A DNA stretch of 64,000 nucleotides from Antechinus flavipes. Its lineage: Eukaryota. How positions within the stretch are numbered: position 1 is the first letter of the stretch; each line of letters starts with the position of its first letter. Location of the stretch: NCBI RefSeq assembly GCF_016432865.1, contig NC_067400.1, forward strand, positions 597,680,001 to 597,744,000. The letters run 5' to 3'. Shown here in pieces: positions 51,813 to 64,000 of the stretch. The notes beneath the pieces are model-generated. The model worked only from the letters and a program-made list of their open reading frames with translations, made no database searches and was not told where the DNA came from. Made by a program: the position numbers and the translations under genes.

Positions 51813-52959
51813 AAAGTTCTATGCTGAATTGACAAGGAATTAAGTGAAAATTGAGACTAGTTCAGTATTGTTTCATCTGGTCAAAGTTAGCTGATCTGAG
51901 TCAGCCTCTACTTTCATAAGTAGCAGAAGCTACTTAACTGTTTACAGTCACAGTAAGAAATCATGTCAAAATTTTTTTGTCTTGAGTAATTCATCTATCT
52001 TATAACTGTCATACAACCATCAATCTAGCTGAGCTGTGGAGGGCCAAAACTCTTTGGAATGGATTAAAAGTTCACAGCATTTAGATTTTTCAGTGATTTG
52101 TGTCCTTCCCATTCCTGCTTCCTAGGTTTCCTTAAGAGCTAGGAGAATTCCGATTTGGGAGATCAGAAGGAATGGTAAATTGACTTACTGATTTTAGTAT
52201 GTGTGGAAGGTTCCGCATAGGCAATACAATTACTTAGGCTAAGATAAGAATAATCTGGTAAGCTCCTTCCTCTTTTTTTGTTGTGGTCCTTTGTAGTCTG
52301 TGTCCTCTTCTGGTGATGTAAGAGTTTCTAGTGATATTTTCTCTGATTTTTTTTTTAAAGAAAAGATATTTTCCAAATTAGCTCTCTTAATCTTTCTGAG
52401 GTTGCTGTTCATATGGATGCAAACTCATCTCAATAAAGCTTACTTAAAAGCAGCCAAAGGAGGTAAAACTTTCTTCAAAAAACTATTATTCTTCTGATAA
52501 TAAAAAAACATAGAACAGGCTATTAAAAATTATATAGATATTCTGTTGGCATGATTCAATGAAGTAAATTGTTGAGTTAAACTGGGAGAATAGAGAAAAG
52601 GATCCTGGTGTTTATTCTATAGGTCCTTGGAAAAGTGATTAAATATACTTTTTATCCAAAAGAAAATTTTCTAGTGAAAGCTGTTCACAAAAACTTTATA
52701 TGCTGGAAACAAAAACATCTGTTGAAAATGCAACAATAAGCCTATGGCATAGTTACAAATTAGCCTCTAGGCTATATTTGCCCATTGCTATTGGAATTTA
52801 TTTTCTCTAGTGTGACTTGAATCTTATATAGCCTATTCAATAATTACTTAACTCCCCAAATAAACAGTTTGGTATGATTCCCATGCCCCCACTCCATTTA
52901 TGCAATAAAGCATATATGTTGATTTTTCCTAGGCCTAATTTTTTCTTGATAAAATTAGA

Positions 52960-53098
52960 AGAGTTTTTCCAAGGAACTTGAATTTGAGTAGCTGCTATAT
53001 ATGTGGAGAGTTTTTCCAAGGAAATTGAGTTTGAGTAGCTGGTATATATGTGGAGAGTTTTTCCAAGGAACTTGAGTTTGAGTCGCTGGTGTATATGT
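52960..53098 (+). repeat. 47-bp minisatellite, about 3 copies
   Basis: Unit agagtttttccaaggaacttgagtttgagtagctggtatatatgtgg at 52960, 53007 and 53054, each with a few substitutions. Confidence 0.92.
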
Positions 53099-53811
53099 AC
53101 CTCTTTCAAATCAGCATTTTATTGAACAGTGTCTTTTCATCTTGTGTTGTCAGACTAAAAGCTTATAGAAGAATGGTCCTGTTGTGTTGTGTTGATTACA
53201 ACTGCTAACACCTGACTAGTACAGATCTTGTTAAAAGATTTATGTAAATGTTTTTCTAGAGCAAAGACTAGCCATTTCTTTATATGTATGTGTATGTCTA
53301 TGTGTATATGTATGTATGTATGTATATATTTAGATGCTGTTGAAGTTAATGTTTTGTGATGTTTACCTTTTACCGTGGTTTCATTGTTTCTTTTATATTT
53401 TAAAACTTGGCTGGGGTAAGCACTGAAATCTTTTAGCTAGTATTGTTTTAGGAAGAGTACTTATACTATTTCTTTCTAATAATAACAACTTCTGGCTGCA
53501 CAAATCAAATAGCCACAACAGTTCTATTTTTATTAGTGATGCTTGCAGAATATGTTTTTAATATTTTATATTAAATATATCATTCCTCAGTTTGTTTAAC
53601 AGAAAGGGGGTGCTGATAGGTACAGTGCTATAGAATCCTTTCAGAGGTTTAGGTTTGAATTTTAAAAGATAGAATTAAGATTTCTTTAACATTTTTTTCC
53701 TCCATCCCGTTAGATATAACGTTTGTTTCTCTTCTGTGATATTCTATGATTTACTCTCTTATTTGCCTCACAGCTAAATGTCCATGATTTTTTTTAACTC
53801 TCATTTTGAAG

Positions 53812-53847
<36 letters not shown>

Positions 53848-53851
53848 TTTT
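53812..53851. repeat. (TA)n + poly(T)
   Basis: Read directly. Confidence 0.9.
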
Positions 53852-54461
53852 GGTTTTATTCATCAATTTACCTATGATAAACAATGAGAAGAGTTGTTTT
53901 CATTAGAAATTAATATATATTTAACTACACTCTTGTAAATTATTTGCAGTCATCATCCTATTAACTTACAAATAGTTAAATGAGTTGCTTCTGTAGTTAT
54001 AGAGATTGGAGATGTTAGTTCAACTGATATCTGTCTTAGAATAGAAAGTATCTTGGGCTTTTTTTTTTTTTTTTTTTTTTAACATTCTTGCTGACCCTCT
54101 CTTTGTATTCTATTGGATAAATGACTAGGAAATTTGTCTTAGTACTAAAAAAAGGTTTTCTAAAGCCTTTTTCTTTTCTTTCTTGAACTTATATCTAATT
54201 TTCTTACAAAAATGGAAAGATGGGAAAAGGCTGTCCATTATATTACTTTTCAACGTTCAGTTGTTTTATTAATAGGGAATAGTCGTGGTAGAATTACATG
54301 TATCTTATGTATAAATATTCGTGTGCCTTTATTGCACAGTCTTCTAGTGAAGTTGGACTGGAGTTGGTCTTGGAACTCGGAACTCCTGCATTCAAGTTCC
54401 ATATTTATTATCTCCTGATTGTGTGACCATGGCATGTCATTGAACATATCAATCCTCTAGA

Positions 54462-54625
54462 TCAGTGGTATCAAGCAAACAAACTCAAATGGAAATGGAA
54501 ATCATTAAACTGTATATAAGGATCCTTGAAATAACAGTAACATGATCTAGGTTTTACTATTTTTATTTTATTAAAATTTTCTGTTAACATTTAAATCTGA
54601 TTCTGCTGCACTTGGAATATTAATT
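54462..54625. mobile_element. Probable hAT-type DNA transposon remnant
   Basis: Begins ctagat|cagtggtatcaa (hAT-like terminus after a CTAG target), followed by aaactgtatataaggatcc; the other end is unclear. Confidence 0.4.
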
Positions 54626-55450
54626 TGCAGAGAGGTTTCCAATAAGCATTGATAGATGGCTTTTTTCTAGAGATTATCTGTGCTGATTTACAATCCCCTA
54701 TCACTGTTGGCACTCTTCCCCATTTTCATCCCCTTTCCCTTTTTTAATAGCACTTCTGCAATTTTTTTTTTTACAATTGATAAGTTTTGTGTGCATATAT
54801 ATATTCACATACACATAATCATATCTACATATCTATATCTATATCTTTATCTTTTGGTATCCCCTTTAAAGGTAGCGGTAACATCATTCCAGAGCCTACA
54901 GAGTTATAAAAGTAGAATGTGATGAGGCTTATATTCTGAGTTCTGAGGATTTTCCACATTTAAGATCAGCCTTGGCTAAAGTCATAATGAAAGAATTGTG
55001 CAGTTTTAGGGTAAAGAAAATCACATGTTTTCGGGTGATTGGAACTACCCTATTGTTGTTCTTCTGAATTTATAGGCTCCCTATCTTTAGGAAAGCTTAT
55101 ATGTAGAATTGTTTGACTATGTGTCTTTTTCACCATGGTAGATAATAGACGGAGTGTGGGTGTGTCTAGAGAATAAGAACAACCTGGGGATAGCTGTTTC
55201 CTTTTATACTCCTTGGGAAATACTGACTGAAGTTTGATATATTGAATGTTGTAGATTCTTCATTAAATGACATAGCTCTGAGTTGAGCAAAATACATAGA
55301 TGTCTACACTTCTAAGAGTTAGAAGGATCTTTCCTCTTTATGATCAGGAAAATCCACTAATCTGTGTTTCACTTTTCATTTTCAATTTAATCTGCTTAAA
55401 AAACTAGAATAATACCTGATTCCAAAAATTCTGTGATTATTTAGCAGTGC

Positions 55451-55453
<3 letters not shown>

Positions 55454-55494
<41 letters not shown>
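55454..55494. repeat. (TG)n microsatellite
   Basis: Read directly. Confidence 0.95.
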
Positions 55495-55497
<3 letters not shown>

Positions 55498-57379
55498 AGG
55501 TAATCACTTTTTTCATTGATGACATATATATATATATAATATATATATATACCTTAATATTCTCAATCTTTAATGAAAAAATCCAGCATCTTTATGTTTG
55601 TGAGTTTTCTGGTCAAAATGACTCTTTATGCATTCATTAACCTTAAAGTTATGATTATAAGTTTATTATATCGTCGAAAAGGAATACTATATCTCATCAA
55701 TATGGGCAATCATTATCTATGTTTTTTCTTGTCCCGTATGATTCTTATCTCTGTCTTTCACTAAGTTTTCCAGAAGACTTACTATCTTGAAGGCTTTCTG
55801 TGAGTAGAGCGTCCCCACTGATGACTCAACAGTACTTTTCCTTTTCCTTCCTCCCTTCTTTTTCATTTCCCTCTCCTCCCTCTTTTCCCCCCCTTTCCCT
55901 CTTCTCCCTTGCTTCCATATTGTTTCATACCCAGCAGTTCCTCTTAAAAATTAAATTATTTGGTTTTTTTTTTTTTTTTTTTTTGGATTTGCTAAACCCT
56001 CTCAAGGTATATTGGAATTTACTGGTGAGATGTCTTTGTTAAGGACCTTGTCTTAATCCTATATTTTTCTGGCTCTCATTGATTGATTGGCCAACTATAT
56101 ATTTTCAGCTGATCCCCAATTGCTCAAGCTGATTGTCTGTGAGTGAATGCAAATAGCAATCATTTCTGTTTTGACCAGAAACCCTGAAGGTCTTTCCTTC
56201 ACAAATTTATTCTTTTTAATAACTTGTAGATACCAATGAAATATTCCTACTATATTGGTTATTTGTTACTGGTGACTTCTTGGGTCATATATGTTCTAGA
56301 TGATATTTTTTGTGCTCAAGTCATTGTTTGTTTTTGGACTTATTTCTGTTCTCTTCTGAATCTTCAGCTCAGTTATTTGAGAAATGTTTAATCTCAGTTA
56401 GGTCCTCCCCTTTCTCTCCCTTAGTATGTATTGTGTATACATATAAATACATGGTATTTTTATGTGGAATTTGACTAATAATTTGGGTCACAGACCTCAA
56501 TTATTGATACTTTGTTTTTTTCAATATGAATGTCTAGATTGATATGTGTGCTTAGCTTTTACTGAGGTGATGCTGTGATATTTGAGGTGTGATATATTAT
56601 CTGATATCCACTTATAAGGAACATCTGGAGGAACCTTGCCATTTCTGGGACTGCTATTTGTTTTTGATTCTGAAACATATCTTTTAGTCAGTAACCAAGA
56701 GTTTATTAAGCTGCTGATCTGTGATTAGTGCAGGGGACTCAATGATAAAAATTACAAGTTCCATGTCTTTCCTGCAGCTAAAAAAAACACAACATATACA
56801 CATAAATACTACCGGGACTGGTAATTACTAATTTTGTAGTTTTCCCTTCAACCTCCCCAAAGGTGGGCTACAAATGATATTGCCAGTGATTTTTTTCTGT
56901 CTCTTCTCCCACCACCACCAGTTTTGAAATCTTCCTGTCTTTGTGGTATTATTTTTGAATGCCTTTAATATTATCACCATCATGCCTTTTTATATTTATT
57001 ATTGCCATTTAATGGCTATCCTTAGTTTCTTAAGTGCTATTGCCACATCTTCACTAAGTTGATTGAATAGTATGAGGCACTTAGAACCCACATGTAGTAG
57101 TTATATTAGCATTCCCAATGAGAATAGAGTGTAGAATTGTAGGCAGATTGATCCCATCTCTACAGACTGGACAGTGGAAACTGCATTCGATTTTGGAGCT
57201 AGTAATGTTCTGAGTTCAAATGCCCATTGTAGTACATCTAAGCTACTTGACTGGGCTAACCATAGAATTTTGAGCATGCATTTCCTCATCTGAAAATGGG
57301 GATACTATCTACAGTGTTTATCTCAGAGGGTGTTGGTAGTGGTTTTCCTGATTTTTGTCTTCCCCTTATTCATTAACTT

Positions 57380-57960
57380 CTAGTCTCCCTATTGTAATTA
57401 TTAAGATAAAATAGAAAATATCTGTTTGGCTTTTCAAGTTCTTCTTAGCCTGATTCCTTTTTACTCTTTTTTACAGTCTTTTTACACACTGCTCCTCTCT
57501 ACGTGTTCAATGACCTCTTATGGTGACCTACCTCACATATGACCCACTGTCTCCTTTTTCTCTACTTCTGCTTCATAGAATTCCTGCTTTCCTTTCAAAC
57601 TCAAATGCCAACTAAGTAGGAAGCCTGTCATGGGAAGATACTCATATCTTTCCCTCTTAAGATCACTTTGAGTCAATAATTGATATGTGCCTACTATGTG
57701 CCAGTACTATACTGATTGCTGGAGATACAAAGAAAGGTCAGAAACAATTCTTGCTCCCAAGGAGCTCACAGCCTTATAGGAGAAACAACATGCAAATGGT
57801 TATAAAGAAGCCACCTATATGCAGGGTAAATTGAAAATAATAAACTCATTCTTGTCTCTATCTACTAAATAAATATTGCTCTTTCCAATAAATGTAAGCT
57901 TCTGGATCAGAAGACTATTTGTTTTTTCCTTATATTTCTAACTTATTACAATAAAATGCA
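57380..57960. mobile_element. L2 fragments in both orientations
   Basis: Antisense L2 end (tgcctactatgtgccagtac...ggagatacaaag) interrupts a sense L2-like pyrimidine-rich body. Confidence 0.5.
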
Positions 57961-60830
57961 CATAATGAATACTGACTGATTCCTTAATTGATTCAGTTAG
58001 ATAATGTGTATATAAAGGACTTTTCTGAGCATTTCTTTTTTTTTATTTTATTAAGTTTTGAGGTAGATGTGGGCAGGAAAGAAAAATTTATTCTTGTTAG
58101 TAGAAAAACATTAAAATATCAAAGCAATTTAGATATGCAGTTGTACCTTTTAGTTCTATCTTAAGTCAAATTCATTGGCTCATTTCCCCTCTTACTGCTT
58201 CTCCTCTCCTAACCCCCACTATGTGCTATAAACAGATATGTTGTTGTCTTTTCATCGTTGTGCTTTCTTATTTGATATTGATTTTGTTAGAATGAGCTGA
58301 TAATTTAATTCTGAAATGTTGCTGTCCCCCATCCCTCCCCTACCTCTCTTTTTGGTAATATGAACCTGTGCATTAAGAATAAAGTATAAGTGCTTTAAAA
58401 CAAGTATATTGAATGTGTTTGTTTTAAACTAGGTGTTAATGGTTGCTTCAGTTTCCTGAATGGTTGCTATTAGTTCAGTACCATAGTTGCAGGTTAATAT
58501 GAAACTTGGAACCCTCTTCACACTGAAACAAACCATGACCAAGTGATCTTCTTTGCCTTTGTTGAATGTGCAACCCATAGGTTTGACCAGAATTCCTGAA
58601 TGTTAAAGAATAATGCGTCCTGAGACAGGTTTCTACGATGAGACTTGCTCTCACAAATATAAAAAAATGTTTTCTAGTAATACAAAGGCATATATATTAT
58701 TAGAATTTTGTATCGAAATGCTCTTTTATTTATTTGGATGTAGAGAAGATTAAACATTTCTCAAGAGCATCATTATCTTATTTGTTTAAATATTGCAGTT
58801 TGGTTTTTGTTTATATTTTCCTATTATTTATGGTTATATATTTTGTCAAAGTGGACCTAGGAAATCTCTCTCTAGTACAGGAACTGGTATCCATTCTAAC
58901 TTCATTTTCTTTTTTTTTGTGTGGAAGTGTTGTAAGCAGTACATTTTTTCAGATGTGGGCCACAAAAGCTGTTGTTAGGTACCATTCTGTTTTGTGTGGC
59001 TAGGTCAGGCTTACCCCCAGTGAGTAATATTTTTACTAACTCAAGCCCTAGGGCTTCCCAGTAGCACTCAAATTGTGAGTGCATTTAATTCTGTTGTCCT
59101 AATCCAGTTTTAAACATCTGTGTAATTACCATTTTGGCAATATCTGTGACATATTAACACAGTTTATTTTGGAGAGTAAAAACACTGAACATTATATTTT
59201 TGTAATTGATTCTCACTTTATGGATTTCATATCCACCAATTGTAATTTTGTATTAAAATGATGAAAATACTTATTAAAACATTCATGCTAGATGAGTAAT
59301 ATGAAACAAGCACTTTTGTTTTCAGGCACTGGTAAATTTCACTAAACACACTGTCTAAAAGAATTCAGGCTTAGAATGATTCCTAAGGTAAATTAAATAA
59401 GTAGGATTTTAAATTTACTATCATTTCTTAGTTTCTATTAGTAAAAAAAGCACTCTTTTGCTTCATTATTTTTCTTTTTAACAGAAGACAGAAAATAAGG
59501 AATGCCCAGCACAGTGCCTTGAAAGTGCTAAGTAGATGTTGAATTTTGTTTGCAGCCCCTATAGTCAGTCCAAGCTCTGGAAAAAGGCTTAATTTCCAAC
59601 ATTTTCTCTCACGTTTGTCTTTTCTAAACTAGATTTTCTAAGTAATATAGTTTCATATTCAGTGATTTTTCTTTATCTTTTACAAAGGAGTTAGATAACA
59701 GTTAGATTGTTATTTCTCGAGGAAAAATTTTTATTTGCTTTTAACTTTCACATTTTACATATTCTGATTCATTTCTGGAAGAGAGGCTAGGAAACTCGAA
59801 ACACTTGTGCAGAATCTTTGGATAGTATTTTTTATTGTATTTTATCATTTTCTTATGTTTTGATACAACAGAATTGGGGGGGGGGCGCGGAGGGAGTATT
59901 ACAGATAATTGTATTCGATTGAAGTTTTAATGGGTTTCCTTTATCAAGTCCTGCTATCATTGTATGAGTTAATACACAAAATGACTTGCTTAGTTTCGTC
60001 ATTCAATACAGATAATTGTGTTGGGAGCCCAACTTAAGAACTTAATTAAATCATTTGTTTATCTGATTTTTATCTTGTCAGGTATGGAAAAAGTTATAAG
60101 AACCAATTCATTTTGTTAATGAAGAATTATTTCCAGTATAACTTGTATCAGTGTAAAATAATTGTTATTCAATTTGAAAATAACTTCATTCCATCCTTTG
60201 ATTCTAAAAATTCTGTTGCTGGATTGGCATTTGGCTCTGTTACACCAAGTGACCTTCTTGGGTGTTCAGGTGTGTCCTCCCTAGAAAATTATGAAGTTTC
60301 ATTTCTTGTCCTAAGAGGAGCTGACTTTCAGGCTCTTAATAAATGTTTGCTTACTAATCTTTATTAGATATTATCATTTCTTTCTTGGTTATCCTGGAAT
60401 GGACCTGCTCCTCTTCACAAAGCAGATTTCCAAATTACAAAGAGCTTTGAGGTTGGGGGTGAAGTGCTACAGCTGCAGCTGCTGCTCATGACACAGGAAT
60501 CCTGCCACTTAACAATATACTTCAACCTTCTTGCAGGAGGAGTGCTATAGTTTCACCTTCACATATAAGGCTTCTAAAGATGAATTAGACTAGAGGCATT
60601 TTATGACAGAACTATTAGATGAAGAAGTACATATCACAAGGATTTCTGCTGCTCTAGCCCCTTTTATCATCTTTGAGGTACAGTAAATATTAAACTAATT
60701 TTTGCTGAAACTATCTTGATTTCTCATATACTTATGGAAAATGTTGAACATCCTGCAATCATTTCAGGTTAGTTTTCCTAAAGTATTACTTTTGCCATGT
60801 TAAGTTCTTTCTCTAGAAGTTGCCTAATAG

Positions 60831-61109
60831 TGTAAGTAGTCCCCCAATCTGGACCTGTGGCCTGACTCTCAGGATTTCCCCCTATCCTGAGGAGACCTCT
60901 ACTTATCCTCCTCCTCACCATGGAATATTCTCAGAAGTAACAGCTTGGATCCTATTGGGAACATTCTGTCCTGTACCTGGTACCTGGATCTCCTTGTGGC
61001 TACAATTGGTGCCATACTTTGAACTTTGCCCTTAGTGGCAGTAACTAGTTAGCAAGAGCCCTACTTGTCCCCTTTTCATTTCAGGTGGGACAATTGGTGA
61101 CACAGATGG
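60831..61109 (+). mobile_element. ERV LTR remnant followed by a primer-binding site
   Basis: TG start at 60831 (tentative); ...GGGACA end at 61092, 2-nt gap, then TGGTGACACAGATGG (61095-61109), 13/15 match to the complement of the 3' end of tRNA-Arg(CCG) (TGGCGACCCAGATGG, recalled from the human tRNA). Confidence 0.5.
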
Positions 61110-61709
61110 ATTGTATCTCTGTTACTTCATTCTCTTTCTTTTCCTTCCCACCCCATTTCCAAACGTTCTCTTAAAATTCAAAGCACTTTCATTATTTAAA
61201 CTCCAACTTTCTTTCAGCTTACATCTCTAAAAAAAATAGAAAATAATCTCAGTTGTGCTTCTATTTCTCTCACATCTGTTCCTTTTTCTCCACTATAGCA
61301 GTCACTATCTCAGTACAGGTTTTATTTCCTCTCACTTCAATTGTCATGCTGTAGCTTTTTAATTGGTCTTACTTCCTCCAGGCTTTCCCTATCATCCTAC
61401 ATACAGTTCTTTTCCTAAAGTACAATTCCATTCAAATTACAACTTCAATGGTTTCTATTTGATTTCCGATTAAATATCTCATATTTTTGTTTTTTAACAT
61501 GTATGTTTTGTGTTTTATAATGTATATAATTATTTGCATAATAATGCATTTTAGAATTGATAAATAAGTGTGTACTTAAAAATTTTTTATTGTTGGAGAA
61601 GTTTCAAGACTACTGGTTTAACAAATTTAGGCTAAACTCTTCTGTTTGGCTTTCAAGGATCTCTCTAATCTCATTCTACTTATTAATCCTCCTTCCCTTT
61701 AAAACAAAC

Positions 61710-61862
61710 AATTTTTTTTTTATTATAGCTTTTTATTTACAAGATATATGCATGGGTCATTTTTCAGCATTGACAATTGCAAAACCTTTTGTTCCAACTT
61801 TTCCCTTCCTTCCTCCTATCCCTTCCCCCAAATGGCAGGTTGACCAATACATGTTAAATATG
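61710..61862 (-). mobile_element. Short L1 3'UTR insertion
   Basis: ttattatagctttttatttacaagatatatgcatggg...accaatacatgttaaatatg, nearly the same 3' end as the L1 at 27.9 kb. Confidence 0.8.
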
Positions 61863-62123
61863 ACAAACGAATATTTTTATAGCTTTCCTTGGACTCTCTC
61901 CCAGTCTCATACATCCATCCCGTAAAAGGTGACATTGGACTAGAGATCTATGCCTGAAGTGAGGAAAACCCGAGTTTCAAATGTGGCTTTACACCCTTTC
62001 TAAGTTGTAGTTGTAGGACCTTGGGCAAGTCATTTGGTGGCTTCATTTTCCTTAACTGTAAAGTGGACATGATAGGATCCTGTGTCTCAAAGGGTTGTTG
62101 TGAATATCATGGGTGAGATTTCT

Positions 62124-62962
62124 TTTTTTTTTTTTTCCCCCCCTTTATTAAAGCTTTTTATTTTTCAAAACATATGTATGGATAATTCTTCAACATTAAC
62201 CCTTGCAGAACCTTGTTTTCCAATCTTTCTCCCCCTTCTCCCACCCCCTCACCTAGTCCAATATATGTCAAACATGATAGAAGTATATGTTAAATCCAAT
62301 ATATGCATACATATATATACAATTATCTTGCACAAGAAAATTCAAGCCATAGCAGAAAAAAATTAGAAAGAAAATAAAATGCAAGCAAACAACAACAAAA
62401 AGAGTGAAAATGCTATGTTGTGATCCACACTCAGTTCCCACAGTCTTCTCTTTAGGTGTAGGTGGCTCTCTTCGTCATAAGAACTGGTCTGAATCGCTCT
62501 CTTCATCGTAAAATCTGAATCATCTCATTGTTGAAGGGAGCCACATCTATGAGAATTGATCATTGTATTATCCTCTTGTTGCCATGTACCCTGATCTCCT
62601 GGATCTGCTCATTTCACTTAGCGTTAGTTCCTGTAAGTCGCTCCAAGTGTCTCTGAAATTATCCTGCTGGTCGGTCGTTTCTTACAGAACAATAATATTC
62701 CATAATATTTATATACCATAATTTATTCAACCATTCTCCAGTTGATGGGCATCTATTCATTCTCCAGTTTCTTGCCACTACAAAAAGGGCTGCCACAAAC
62801 ATTTTTGCACATATAGGTTCCTTTCTCTTCTTTAAGATCTCTTTGGGATATAAGCTCAGTAGAAACACTGCTGGATCAAAGGGTATGCACAGTTTGATAA
62901 CTTTTTGGGCATAGTTTCAAATTGCTCTCTAGAATGGTTGAATCTGTTCATAGTTCTAGTGT
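62124..62962 (-). mobile_element. 5'-truncated L1 with 15-bp TSD
   Basis: TSD atgggtga(g/t)atttct at 62109-62123 and 62963-62977; [16 protein letters not shown]2 end; TT|AGAA target on the minus strand. Confidence 0.92.
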
Positions 62963-64000
62963 ATGGGTGATATTTCTAAAGCTAAGGCTTAGATAGTGCC
63001 TCACACATAGTAAAAGTGATCTAAATACTTATTTTCTCTTTTCCCTTTCTCCTTTCTATATAACAAAAAATATCTTTTTAAAGATAAAAAAGATTTAAAT
63101 AAGTAGATAATAAAAGTACAATTGATCAGTATGTTGAAAAAGAAGGAAAACAGGTTTAAATGCAATACTTGTGGTTCTCTGAAAGAGTAAATTGGCAGTT
63201 CTCTTATCCATTGTTTTGAACTACCTTTGGGCTTTGTAATTTTGCTATGTGCACTTCATATATTTTGATATGTATTTATTTTTTAATTTCCTCACTTTTT
63301 CTTAGCATGTGGCCTTCTACTTCAGTAGGGCTGAGTATTTGACCGTCTTATGTCACCTGTTGGGCTTGTTCTGACTCTTGGGAGAATGCTGAGCTCTTTT
63401 CTGTTTATCCATGTATTACTCATTCATGTTTCCAGCTCTTATTTCAATTTCTTCATTAAATCTGTCCCTTTTCTCAACTCCAGATGTAAAGAGAATTGGT
63501 ATAAATATAATTTCTTTTTAAATGGTTTTAGAAATTAGATTTTTTGTTTTGTTTTGTTTTTGAGCTCTTTGAATTATTTCTCTTCTATATCGGTCTTTCT
63601 TGATTATCCCAGTTGTTAGGGCCTATTCTGTTGATCCCCACATTATGCTAGATTTTATATTAATTTCTGAATAGTTTTCCTCCCTGAAATGAAATGAAAA
63701 TTTTCCCCTTTAACACCAGAAATAAGCACATACTAGATTAAAAGAAATATATTTGCAACATTTTAATTCCTTGCATACAAGAGCTGGCATTCTATGGGGG
63801 CAGGATTTATACAAATAAGTAAATACAAATAGTTTGGAGAATCATAGGAAAATAAACACCCAGAGGAATCAAAAGTGCTTTATTAGTGGATAAATTTTCA
63901 TTTTCATCAATTGCCTTTTTCTTTGGTTCAGTAGCACAATATGCACTTGCCAGTTAGTTTTAAGCTATATAATTTCCTTTTATCACTAGTTTCTGGCTTT

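Noticed and set aside
52960-53098. CRISPR-like array
   Set aside because: Units are head-to-tail with no unique spacers, the context is eukaryotic, and there are no cas genes.

Overview
AT-rich (CpG-depleted) mammalian genomic DNA. The repeat content (WSINE1-like and MAR1-like CORE-SINEs, L2/MIR, marsupial-type L1, ERV LTRs, hAT MITEs) indicates a marsupial, probably a dasyurid; this is an inference. A single CpG island at about 7.2-8.1 kb looks like a promoter with several + strand splice donors. It is followed by about 56 kb of what behaves like one or more long first introns. I could not identify the host gene or any host coding exon. The only convincing long ORF is an 823-aa L1 ORF2 fragment (RT plus C-terminal domain, no endonuclease), whose start ATG comes from the target-site duplication. 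The most unusual structures are a 153-bp, roughly 97% identical inverted duplication of apparently unique DNA at 34.1-35.0 kb, two back-to-back divergent solo LTRs bracketed by the same hexamer, a twin-primed (5'-inverted) L1, a perfect 42-bp AT palindrome, an LTR with a tRNA-Arg-like PBS, and an unexplained 62-bp dispersed repeat. I found no evidence of a new multi-gene system; most of the window is ordinary intronic and TE DNA.
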